Program-made: the position numbers and the translations under genes
Part shown: positions 14,002 through 23,991 of the stretch, one piece after another
Layout: each line of letters begins with the position of its first letter
How positions within the stretch are numbered: the first letter of the stretch is position 1
Assembly: GCA_000320545.1 (NCBI GenBank)
Contig: ADNK01001512.1
Span: 1 to 64,000, forward strand
Length of the DNA stretch: 64,000 nt
Origin: Bigelowiella natans CCMP2755
Lineage: Eukaryota; Protista; Cercozoa
Direction of reading: 5' to 3'
The notes under the pieces: model-generated
What the model saw: only the letters and a program-made list of their open reading frames with translations
What the model was told of the DNA's origin: nothing
Databases searched by the model: none

Positions 14002-16233
14002 TCGTTCCCCCCTTTTTTGAATTTGCGGACGTCGCAAAACTGACTTGAGCGACACGACCTTGCCGAGACCGTGTTCAATTTCCTCATCAGGTGCCCCCGT
14101 GCCGCAGACGTGGTCGCACTCTCTCAATCGGGAATCCGCTGCACCTGACAGGTCGAGTGTTTCACGGACTGGACACGAATTTGATGGCCTTTTGGCTTTG
14201 TTTCGTTCACCTTCGTTGACACCCGCATCCTGGGCCAATGCAGGTGAGGCCAGCAAGTTGCTTTCCAGTGTGAGTGAGTTCGCATTTCGAAGGTGAGAAG
14301 TGCAGGGATGAGAGCAAACAGGTGTGCCATCAATTGTGACTTTGCGGTGTTCGGGTTTGGGGTCTGGGCACGACGTGATGCGGTGCAGGTTTCTCGTGTC
14401 TTGGCCAATCATGAAGTCAAAGTTTGCATTCCCATCCAGGACCACAGCAAAAATCCTGAGCCTCACGCATCCCCCCCGAGCGGTTTTGCACTTCACTCTT
14501 GTCTCAAATTCCACCTCACCCTCCATGCGGACACAGGTGGCACTTGAACCTCCAACCTGGCCACTCATCTTTGTCCTTTTCATTTTTGCACCTAGCTCAC
14601 TGAGCAATTTGATCTTTTGCAGGCCAATGGTGGCAGGCTGCGATCCATCGTCAAGGAGTGCTTTCATCTCAGCAGGTCCACTCTTGCCTTCCACAAGTGC
14701 CCTCAGCACATTGCGTTGGCGCAAAGACTCGTTTGCATTGTGGGGCTTGGAGGCGATGTTGACCTGTGGGATGTTTGTTTTTGCCAACTCTGTCATGTCG
14801 TTTTCCACAGTTTGCACTGCGTCCTTGCCGGATTCCCTCCAGTCACCATTCAAGGCATTGGAAGAGGGATGGGGGCCAGGGTTCACTTTGAGGCAACTCG
14901 CATCCACTGTGACCTTCGACAAGTTTGTCGCTTCATCCCCCAGGTCGTGCGAGAATTTGCATCTCTTGCCCCATTTGCACTTTCCCTCTCTGATGTGTTT
15001 GCACAGCCTGTTGGACTTCCCTCCTTTCTCATGACTGCACTTGCATTCATTTCCATGTCGACAAGTTCCTTTTTTGTGGAAGTTGAAGCAGGTCTTCTTC
15101 TTCTCATTCCCTTCCATTCCAATTGCATTCGCACTGTTGCACTTCGGTTGTGACTCCTGAATTGTTTCCTCTCCAATTCTCAGCTGTTTGAAGAGTTCGG
15201 CTGGAGTCACACCCGTGGCATCGCAATGTGCCATGGCTAGGAGTGGGGATCGACCACACCTGTGGTTTTGCAACAGCACTTTGTGATGGTTCATCCTGTC
15301 GCACCTGTCAATCTTGCATGTCGGGAACAGACTGCACACTTGTTTGTGTTTGCTGTGTGTTTGGTCCACAAATCTGAACTTCTCCTTTCGCAGTTCATCA
15401 AACTCCTTGTTGAACCCAAACCTTGTGTCTTGCGGGGACTCTTCGCCACACAGGTGTTGCATTCCTTGTTCGAGTTTCTCGCGATGATCCATTTGGCATT
15501 GCCGTTCCTTCTCCTGTTTTTCAACGTGCAGGTCGAATCCATCCCGTGCATCCTGGGACAATGTCGTTCGGAAGAACTCGTGTCCGAATCTCACATCCGC
15601 TCCAAAGAGTTCGCTGTGCCCTGCGATTTGACTCTGGATTCTTCTCACCCTCTTCCGAAACTTTTCACGGTGAACAAAGGCTGGGTCCAGTTCTCCCCTC
15701 ACCTTGGTTTTCTTTCCGAATGTTTCCACAGCTTTCGCTCTGCAAGACATTCCCCGGTGATCCCCGATGTCTTGTTCTCGCATTTCACTTTGTTTCTTTT
15801 CCTCTGCTGCCGTTGCACTTTCCTCGTCTGTCAAGTCCTCCGCCACTTCCGGATTTTCTGTGAAGCATTTCCACGTTTTCTCCGGCACTCCTTTGTCACT
15901 GCATCGATCTGTGAAGAACCTGCGGGAACTGCGATTGTCTCGCAAGCTGCGGACATCCTTGTTGAAATTGACCGCCAGTTTCTCCTGGATGGACACCCCT
16001 TCCAGGACCATTCGAAACTTGTCAATTTCCATCCTGAGCAGAACTTCCTGCCAATTGGATTCCTTCAAGTCACCTGTGGCACCTGCAGCAACAGGTCCTC
16101 CTGTTTCAATGTGCATCACCTCTGGCACTTTTTCCTTTCCTTCCACTGCGCCGCCACCACCTGCGACAACTGAGAGCAACCTCCCAGTGTCGGCTTCTGT
16201 CTCTGCCAAACTGGCAAGCTCGTCGCCGCTCAC
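13972..16233 (-). CDS. Retroelement Gag-protease ORF with two CCCH zinc fingers (probable true start ATG at 16116)
   Basis: 753-codon ORF. CFNFHKKGTCRHGNECKCSH and CKHIREGKCKWGKRCKFSH at 14947-15090. Retropepsin-like ALLDDGS (14641-14661) and FDFMIGQD. No Tyr residues. Confidence 0.8.
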   Translation of the reverse strand: MSGDELASLAETEADTGRLLSVVAGGGGAVEGKEKVPEVMHIETGGPVAAGATGDLKESNWQEVLLRMEIDKFRMVLEGVSIQEKLAVNFNKDVRSLRDNRSSRRFFTDRCSDKGVPEKTWKCFTENPEVAEDLTDEESATAAEEKKQSEMREQDIGDHRGMSCRAKAVETFGKKTKVRGELDPAFVHREKFRKRVRRIQSQIAGHSELFGADVRFGHEFFRTTLSQDARDGFDLHVEKQEKERQCQMDHREKLEQGMQHLCGEESPQDTRFGFNKEFDELRKEKFRFVDQTHSKHKQVCSLFPTCKIDRCDRMNHHKVLLQNHRCGRSPLLAMAHCDATGVTPAELFKQLRIGEETIQESQPKCNSANAIGMEGNEKKKTCFNFHKKGTCRHGNECKCSHEKGGKSNRLCKHIREGKCKWGKRCKFSHDLGDEATNLSKVTVDASCLKVNPGPHPSSNALNGDWRESGKDAVQTVENDMTELAKTNIPQVNIASKPHNANESLRQRNVLRALVEGKSGPAEMKALLDDGSQPATIGLQKIKLLSELGAKMKRTKMSGQVGGSSATCVRMEGEVEFETRVKCKTARGGCVRLRIFAVVLDGNANFDFMIGQDTRNLHRITSCPDPKPEHRKVTIDGTPVCSHPCTSHLRNANSLTLESNLLASPALAQDAGVNEGERNKAKRPSNSCPVRETLDLSGAADSRLRECDHVCGTGAPDEEIEHGLGKVVSLKSVLRRPQIQKRGERCDGGKFKGI
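14005..14018 (-). other. Polypurine tract
   Basis: AAAAAAGGGGGGAA lies 3 nt upstream of the 3' LTR. Confidence 0.8.
16149..16159 (-). other. Putative primer-binding site
   Basis: TGGTGGCGGCG lies 2 nt inside the 5' LTR end. It starts with TGG (complement of tRNA CCA). The priming tRNA was not determined. Confidence 0.55.
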
Positions 16234-16583
16234 TCAGCAAAAACAATCAAACTTTCCAATGAACAATGAAACCCTGATGACATTGGTGACTTCAGAACAC
16301 ACGCATGTGCACGCTCAAACAAACACACTGACCGCTTTCAAACTTCTAGCGAACTGACTGCTGGATGCGGGTTCGCTGCCATTGACTGATCGAGGCAGCC
16401 ACGTGCACACAAACTTGGTTTTCCCAAACCACTTGCTTCCCATTTGATGACTCAATTTGCTCATCAACTGACAGCACCAACTGAACCCAAAACTGCCAAA
16501 ACTGCAGGGCATTTCAACGGGATCAACTTGACTCAATTGACCACTTTCAACGGTCAAATTCCTTTGAATTTTCCGCCGTTGCA
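16162..16583 (-). repeat. 5' LTR
   Basis: Minus-strand TGCAAC...GTCGCA. 418/422 identical to 13580-14001 by manual alignment. Confidence 0.92.
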
Positions 16584-18219
16584 AGACCTGTCACTCCGAC
16601 ACAATTGGGTTTCAGACACAGCAACGTGATGATGCACATGGAGTTGCATGTCCACATTGCCAGATTGGCACACACACGCACAAACACGATTGTGGACGTG
16701 TGACATCATGCATGCACCATGCATGCCATTGCTTTGTCCACTTCCAGACTTGTCATGGACGTGCAACATCACATGCACACCACGTGCTGCGTCACATCGA
16801 TGTGGTGTGCTGTCACTTTGTCCATCATCACGTGTGTGCATGCACACGTCTAGAAGTGCATGTGCACGTGCATGCATGCGTCTCATTGCACGTTGTGCAG
16901 ACTGCTGGACGTGCAAGTGTGCACTGCATGTCACTGTGCACCTGCGCATCACTGCGCATGCTGTGTCAGACTTGATGCAGCTTGCACATTGATGCTGCTG
17001 ACCAGCCAATGCACAGCTTTGTTGCAATTCCATGACAGCGAAGGGTTCGTTCGCATGTTGCGTGCCAACGTGCTGCTGTCTAGCTGTCACGGTGCTCTGG
17101 TCTAGCTAGCTAGCTAGCTAGTGGTGCTGAGCGTGACCCAGATGATGCTTGTCATGCACAGTGCATGTGCACAACGCCATCGAAGATCATGACACAGCAT
17201 CATTGTGACGTGCAACGTGCTGCTCGCGCACGTCTAGCATGCCAGTGCACACTGGACGTGCCGATCGTCACAATGCACACTTCTGGACTTGTGCTTGGCA
17301 TTTTTGACAGAAAATCATTTGTCCTGGCAGCGCATGAGTGCATGATCATGTCTAGAACAATGTGCTGTTGCAACCGCCACAGGGCAGCCAGGTGCTGCAT
17401 GCAATCGAGCTCAGCACGTGCGCCGTGTACAAACAATGGACAAGAAAGAATGCAATGCACATTGCCTACATTGCATGCATGATGCATGTGGTGCACTCCA
17501 GCACTTTGCAGTGTCCATTGTGAAACACTCTGCTTGTCGCCCGTTATAGTCATGAATTGCCCTGCATTCCATGTCAATCAATTTGTGATGATAGATGTTC
17601 ATTGTCGCCTCAATTTGTTCTCCTCATTGACCTGATTTGTCAACACGTTTCCGTGCCATTGCATGCATTTTGTCTCGAAAATTCTAGATTTCAATGCTTG
17701 CACTGGTTGCTGTGCCGTTCCTCTATGCACTGAGTGGATGCAAACTTAACACCAAGCATTACCCCAGGTGATACGATATTAGACGCACTGCTCAGGAACC
17801 ACCGTGCACAGCGACTATCTACTACAATGTCACACTGCCATTTGCGAACACTGTTGCACAGATCGTGTATAAATTTATAAAATTACTTTCATAGATTTGC
17901 TTTCATTGTGTTCGCGTCATCACAAGGCTGTCGTACTTCAGCACGATATTCCATGATCACTCTGTTTTTCTTAGTCCACCTTATCCCTCTCATATCTGTC
18001 AGTGGGCGAGGCTTCTGATGACCCCTCTGGGGATGAGTTCTCATACTCTTTAGACCCCCTCCTCTATTTACGAGCACATCATATCGAGATTAAATTCAGG
18101 ATATATAAATGGTGTAGTGCTCGACCATTGCTAGCAGTTCTCTGAATGGAATGATGAAGCTCCTACATGTGTAACCAACAACTCAGTCTCAAGTTCATCC
18201 AGATATTGAAAGAGCAGTA

Positions 18220-18487
18220 CCTCCAAAACAAAGCAAACAACGCGAGCAGGACAATAGTCGCGAAGATGACTTCCCCCCACTGAAATGACGAATGAATGAT
18301 AGCAAATTAGTAACAATTTGTATTTGTTACACGCTCAACCATTTCAGTCAACATTATCATCGATAAAGTGCATCAATATATGCTTCACTATTTTGCAACT
18401 ATCAGTGTTTGTAGTTTGCATACCTCAGGAATTCTGTGTTTTTTATACCAGCTAAGCTTCTGATGAAGATAAATTATTTGACCCGAG

Positions 18488-18533
<46 letters not shown>

Positions 18534-18571
18534 TCAATATATTGTCATCCCACCGGATGTATGAATAATAT

Positions 18572-18627
<56 letters not shown>

Positions 18628-18847
18628 TATGGTTCAATTGCAAGTTCGCGAGGAGAAATTCTTTCACCTGCATCGGCGTCCAATCTACTGGATCATAATT
18701 CTTATGGATTTGTCAGGGAAATCAGATTTTAAATTAGTTTTCCTCTTAAATAAGTCCTATGTTAGCATTAGAAAAAACGTTTTCGTTGTTATCTGTGTTA
18801 CTTACATAGTTCCAAATTTGTTTCTCATCGTCGTCGCTCGAACTCAT
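18220..18847 (-). CDS. Possible small spliced gene (SAM-like N-terminus, hydrophobic C-terminal segment)
   Basis: MSSSDDDEKQIWNY|NYDPVDWTPMQVKEFLLANLQL.. and a later exon WGEVIFATIVLLALFALFW. The internal exon chain could not be closed. Confidence 0.25.
18485..18623. repeat. (GA)n and (AC)n microsatellites, representative of dozens of intronic (CA)n/(TA)n/(GA)n/trinucleotide tracts in this window
   Basis: Directly visible dinucleotide tracts. Confidence 0.95.
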
Positions 18848-19076
18848 CCAGATTCGCTCCTTTGTCCGAAAGACAGCGCTAAGATTTCACCGATTAAGCG
18901 CAGGTTTCTTCAGGTCTGGGATGATAGTATTTACTGTCCAACCGTGAACCGAGGTGCGAAGAGTTCACTCTCAGCTGTTTTCGGGTGCAAACGAGTAGTC
19001 GAGTAGGGAGGAGGTAGGCAAGTAGTAGTGTACCGTCAATGATCTCGGATATTCATCCTCGTCGTTAGTAAAAAAA

Positions 19077-19175
19077 TCTCATCGATTTCATACCTGCGAC
19101 ATCGATTCAAAGTTGACCTCAGTGGTAAAAACTCTCATGGATTTCATACCTGCGACATCGATTCAAAGTTGACCT
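19077..19175. repeat. 43-bp direct repeat, period 56 bp
   Basis: TCTCAT[C/G]GATTTCATACCTGCGACATCGATTCAAAGTTGACCT occurs at 19077-19119 and 19133-19175. Confidence 0.85.
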
Positions 19176-19229
19176 TGTCAAATTGCTACTCGATGCGGCA
19201 TGTGAGCAGGGTGACATGGACACGCCGAT

Positions 19230-19741
19230 GCGGGGCGCGATGCGGTAATGGGCGGGGGGTTTTCGGTCACAAGGGTGGTTTTCCCTCCTACCCAGGAACC
19301 ACATTCCTGTTCACTGGTAGGATGGACAGAAATGTCGCCCCAGCCACCGGTGATTCGGTTGCCAGATTGAGGATGTTTGGATCTGCATTCAAGGCTTCGC
19401 AAGTCACACTCGCCGAAATGAACATGGGCGGGGGGGTTTTCGGTTGCGAGGGTGGCTTTTCCCCTCATCCCTGAACCACGTTCCTGTTCACCGGTGGGGT
19501 GGACTGACGTGTCGCCCCATCATCAGCCACCGGTGACTCAGTTGCCAAACGAAGGATGTTCGGATCTCTGAACCTGTGTCTGAGATTCATCCCGGATGAA
19601 TTCCGTCAAGATGAATGTGTCCTCCTTCAACTTGATGCCATCTATCAGGGGCAATGTCTCCGCAAAAGCCGGGGATGTTGAGGTTGGCATGAAGCTCGTG
19701 CATCCAAGTGGACCATGAAGATGTGGTCCACGGGATTGTTC
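19230..19741. repeat. Dispersed repeat family A, copy 2
   Basis: Colinear with 12443-13210 (e.g. ACATTCCTGTTCAC.GGT, GCAATGTCTCCGCAAAAGCCGGGGATGTTG, GTGGTCCA.GGGATTGT). Confidence 0.75.
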
Positions 19742-19840
19742 GCATGACCTGATCTAGCTGCATGATCCAGTGATGTGCAATGACTGCAACCTGCAGTGAC
19801 GTAGTGATGAGGGCAGCAGTCAAAGACATGGCATGCTTCT

Positions 19841-19882
<42 letters not shown>

Positions 19883-19985
19883 ATACACACATGCACGCAC
19901 GCACCAGCACTGACGCACGAGCTGCTCGACATGCACACAACAGAGAAGATGCTTTCACATTCATGAAACACGTCTGCGACGTGGA

Positions 19986-20110
19986 TGACCATGGAAACGA
20001 ACAGGCACAACATGAGCGCTGTGGCCGCTGCCTTGCGATGCATAGCTACATTGGGATGACCATTGAAAAGATTTCATCAATTCATTTCATGAATCTGTGT
20101 CCGTCTCACA
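19986..20110 (+). repeat. Short dispersed repeat family B, copy 1
   Basis: GCGCTGT.GCCGCTGC..AGCTACAT..GGATGACCATTGAAAA..CCGTCTCACA also occurs at 39857-39966 and, inverted and partial, at 63478-63539. Confidence 0.7.
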
Positions 20111-20417
20111 TTGCATGCACGTGGACACACGCAATGCGCACGCATCATGGGAAGCCCGGTGCTGTCCGCCGTACTGACTACAATCTATAACAACATGCAC
20201 AAAAATGCAACAGAAAACTTGCACATTATTGACCAGCCATCATGCATCCCGCATTAATGCAGCGCCCTCTATGCATGTTACAGGCCTTTGGAGTTCCAGG
20301 ACATTTCATTCACTTCATCACACACGACGGGGATGTCCGCTGTGCTGGACGCCATTCGCGCGTGTTGCGCAAATGACGGCAGCCAAGACACAGTGATTAG
20401 TCAATAGCTACACTAAA

Positions 20418-21482
20418 TCATTTTGCAAATTTCTGAGTCCAATCTTTCGCTGTCTTATTGAATTTTTCCCGATTTTCCTTAAAAATCTTGTAGCACTGGA
20501 AAACGATATAAATATTTTATAATTAGAGTCATAATCTCCCTTAATTTTTAAAGTTAAATTTAACCTCTGTCCAAAGATGATGGTCAGGATTCTTCTCTGG
20601 ATGATTCAGACTATCATGTATAGCTAGCAACACGTCTGGAATCTGCGAAAAGACACATATGAACTTATTCAAATTCAAAATAAAAAATAATGTATGCTAG
20701 AACTAACACTGGCATCCCATTCTACTTCATAGAATTTGATAGTCTGGTGATACGATTGAAATTTGCAAATAAATTTCTGGTTCATTTTTACAGTTATCGA
20801 AGCCTTCCACGTCTCGCAATGGTCATTAGGTTGCCCGAAGTGGCTGCAATCTCCTGGTTATGGTGTTCATTAGTCATTTTAAAATTGGTATAGTTTTGTG
20901 AATTACCTCTCAAATTGGTCTTAGGGTGGAACAGTTTCGTCTTACAAATATACCAAGCGATCTCAATGTACAGATTACAAAATTAAGGAATTATTATCAT
21001 GAACCTGGAATTGACATATTGGAGATCGCAAGGGATAATCTTCCGGGATAAGCACTTTCATTTCGAACTGCAAAGAAAAGGATAATAAGCGCTTCATCTA
21101 TGTATAGCTGTTCCTTTTACAAATAAATAAATTTTAAGTCACCAATCCTCCCTCATAAGGAGTGCCCTCCTCTCCTTGGATGAAAGCATGTGCTACATCA
21201 TATTGCCGAGATCCTTTCCTGCAAAAGAAGCATTTAAGATACTTGCTCTGGCGAAACACAATGTCACTTAACTTTTCAACTTCTCCTGTTATTGAGAAAC
21301 AAATTTCCCCCTTTCCAAATGGACCTATTAGCGATAATGCTGAATTGAAGCACGAATTCATGGCAGAATGAAGCTCAACCTTCTTTGCTCTCCAGCAAAG
21401 CATTCATCTTTTCAAGATCCTTTTTAATTCTAATCGCATTCTTCCTCTTGGAACCGGAAGAATTTGCGGCTTTGTTGTTCAT
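20418..21482 (-). CDS. Ubiquitin-conjugating enzyme E2-fold protein with atypical active site
   Basis: Spliced product MNNK..AIRIKKDLEKM..HAFIQGEEGTPYEGGL|FEMKVLIPEDYPLRSPICQFQ|TKLFHPKTNLRG|DCSHF..WKASIT|IPDVLLAIHDSLNHP..|CYKIFKENREKFNKTAKDWTQKFAK*. It is colinear with the UBE2D/UBE2N-type core. Confidence 0.85.
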
Positions 21483-21888
21483 CCTGCTTGGGTTGTGATC
21501 ATCATCCACACCATCATCATCCTCATCCTTTCATTCCTCCTCCTCATCATCATCATCCTCATCATCATCCATGAGTTTCCTACCGATCCTAGATCTAGAT
21601 CTATGAAATATGATCATCCAATTTGTGGCAAACAATACCGGTGCTAATATGATACTGCCGTTACTATTGTTTGTCTCGCATAATTAAATACGACATCACT
21701 ATGTACATGTCGTCAATCAACAATACCTAGTGTACCCGTTCCCATCATGTGCCTCGAACCATTTCGCCGACTGGATGGAATTCATTGAGCGTCAGCTATT
21801 TGTTCATACCGGATTCATAAATAACAGGACATTTACCATAAAATTATTCTCGCTGATACGCAGATTGAGTCTTACATTTCCTGTGATC
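21483..21888. promoter_or_regulatory. Probable bidirectional promoter/5' UTR region between E2 and AKR
   Basis: Divergent start codons lie about 400 bp apart. This call is positional inference only. Confidence 0.4.
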
Positions 21889-23205
21889 ATGGCTCCCATC
21901 CTCTTTCTCATCGTTGCGGCTGTTGCAAAAGCTAGCATTCCCACCGTAAATCTTGGCAAGGATGTAGACGGGAAAGATGTCCTTCTACCTGTCGTAGGAG
22001 CTGGAACCTGGCAGGTACCTCCTCGATGTCAATTGTCAACGTAGCACCGTAACCGCCGTGTTTCATCAGTACAATGACACCATTGCGTATGAGAGCGTCT
22101 GCAAAGCTTTCAGCGTCGGCTACAATTTTATTGATACGGCGTGGATTTACGGTAATAATATGTGATTAAATTTCGAATGTTATAATGTAAGTATTCACGT
22201 GGCTATGCAGGGAATGAGCGTGGCGTTGGAAAGGCTATTAAGGATTGCTGGAAGAAACCCCGCTCTGAACTTTTTGTCATGACAAAAATTCCTGGCGGAC
22301 TAAATGGTAATAGCTAAAACATAAGCTGCAAATCACATCAATATAATTTTTGTCGTCGTCGTCGTCATCATCATCATCATCATCATCATGATCATTGGTG
22401 ATTCTTTCCTGAGTCTTTTTACCGTTCCTACTTATTAAGCAACGGAGGTGGCTACTTATCACGCGCAGAACATGGAATGGCTGCAGTTGGATTATGTTGA
22501 CCACCTTATGACGCATTTCCCTGCGGACTTCCAGGTAAATATGATGAAGTTGTCGCCTTTGGTACTCTGCTCACACACGCATTTGTTTGTTTAATTGTGG
22601 TCGCCACTTACACAGGTCACACCTTCTCGTGCAAGCCCTAAGGCGAGGCAGGAAGAATGGCTAGCGGTGCGTGTTGATCTATCAAAGTATAAATTGAGGA
22701 TGGGGTTTGGATAAAGTTGTCATGTTTTTTATGCTGATTTCGATTGATTTGCACCTCTTGCAGCTTGAGAAGATTTACAACTCCGGCCAAGCACGTTCAA
22801 TTGGTATTAATAAGACGAAATGCACTTGCACATGTCCAACTAATAAATCGCACGCGCTGTATAGCCTTCTTCTTCTTTTTCCTCCTCTCTTCTCTCAATG
22901 ACACTACTACTACTACTACTACTACTACTCTCTCAGGTATCAGCCATTACGTCCCACGACATATCGATGACGTCCTTCAAGTTGCCACCATAAGACCTTC
23001 CGTCAATCAGGTCATGCAAGCGTAGCATGTAATTAATGGGATGGATTTAGTGTGTATTATTGTCGAAAATGGGGTTGCTCGCTAAGCACTACTACTACTA
23101 TATTCCTAATAATGGCAGGTTGAGTACCACATCGGGTCCGGCGATGTCGACGGCGTTATCCAAAAATGTGAGTGTGGGAGAAAGGGGGAGTGGGAGGGGG
23201 GGGGG

Positions 23206-23249
<44 letters not shown>

Positions 23250-23832
23250 GAGATACCATTGTCACTGGATATATTAGCACACACACACACACACACACAC
23301 AATACACGTATATATGCATACATGCATATGCATATACACATGTATTTTATTAGATATATTAGATCAACAAGAAATGAAGGAAGTGATGTTGTTTGACGAT
23401 GACAACATTTATACCTCCACATTCTCCTTATCACAACCTCTTGGTTCGTAGGCGTTGATGAGAAGATTTACTTCATGTCGTTCTCTCCTCTCTGCGGACC
23501 GTGCACCTACCAGCCAAAGGACTCACTCATCAACGGCGATTTGGTGAAGAAGGTAACATAGAGCACATTCTTTCAATTTTACACTAAAAAAAGAAGGGAA
23601 AAGAGCAATTTAAGCCTCCTATTTATGTAATGATATAATATGTTAAATGACCGGGTATTATCCGATGGAATTAGATCGGGAAAGCGCACAACGTCACCGG
23701 CTCCCAGGTTCATAGAGCATTCTTCTTTCCTTAAGATCAACCATTCTTTTGAATTGAATAATTGCAATAATATGGAAATAATAATCGTAATCTCCGGCTC
23801 TCTCTTTCTCTCTCTCTCTCCCCCATTCTTCT

Positions 23833-23887
<55 letters not shown>

Positions 23888-23891
23888 TTAC

Positions 23892-23932
<41 letters not shown>

Positions 23933-23953
23933 AGATGGATGGGAGGAGAGAGG

Positions 23954-23991
<38 letters not shown>

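Larger units (their letters stand above)
13580..16583 (-). mobile_element. Complete non-autonomous LTR retrotransposon (gag + aspartic protease only; TR-GAG-like)
   Basis: Two 422-bp direct LTRs with TG..CA ends. 5-bp TSD AGACC at 13575-13579 and 16584-16588. PBS-like and PPT sites flank a 2160-bp internal region with no RT, RNase H or integrase motifs. Confidence 0.92.
12709..17427. other. TpA-depleted (hypermutated) domain
   Basis: A manual scan found 14 TpA in about 4.7 kb, all in CTAG. CpG is abundant. Confidence 0.95.

Noticed and set aside
13972-16233. Alternative genetic code as the explanation for missing Tyr and stop codons
   Set aside because: The depletion is frame-independent and extends into non-coding DNA. 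Neighbouring genes use TAY, TAA and TAG normally.
12709-17427. CpG methylation decay or classical RIP as the cause of the TG/CA excess
   Set aside because: CpG is plentiful and TpA is absent, whereas RIP would enrich TpA. Repeat copies retain TA at sites that are TG or CA in other copies.
14045-17602. Many long His/Cys/Met-rich ORFs on both strands (e.g. 15262-16173, 14324-15034, 16554-17090)
   Set aside because: They are by-products of TAA/TAG loss in TpA-eroded DNA or antisense to gag, and show no independent coding signal.
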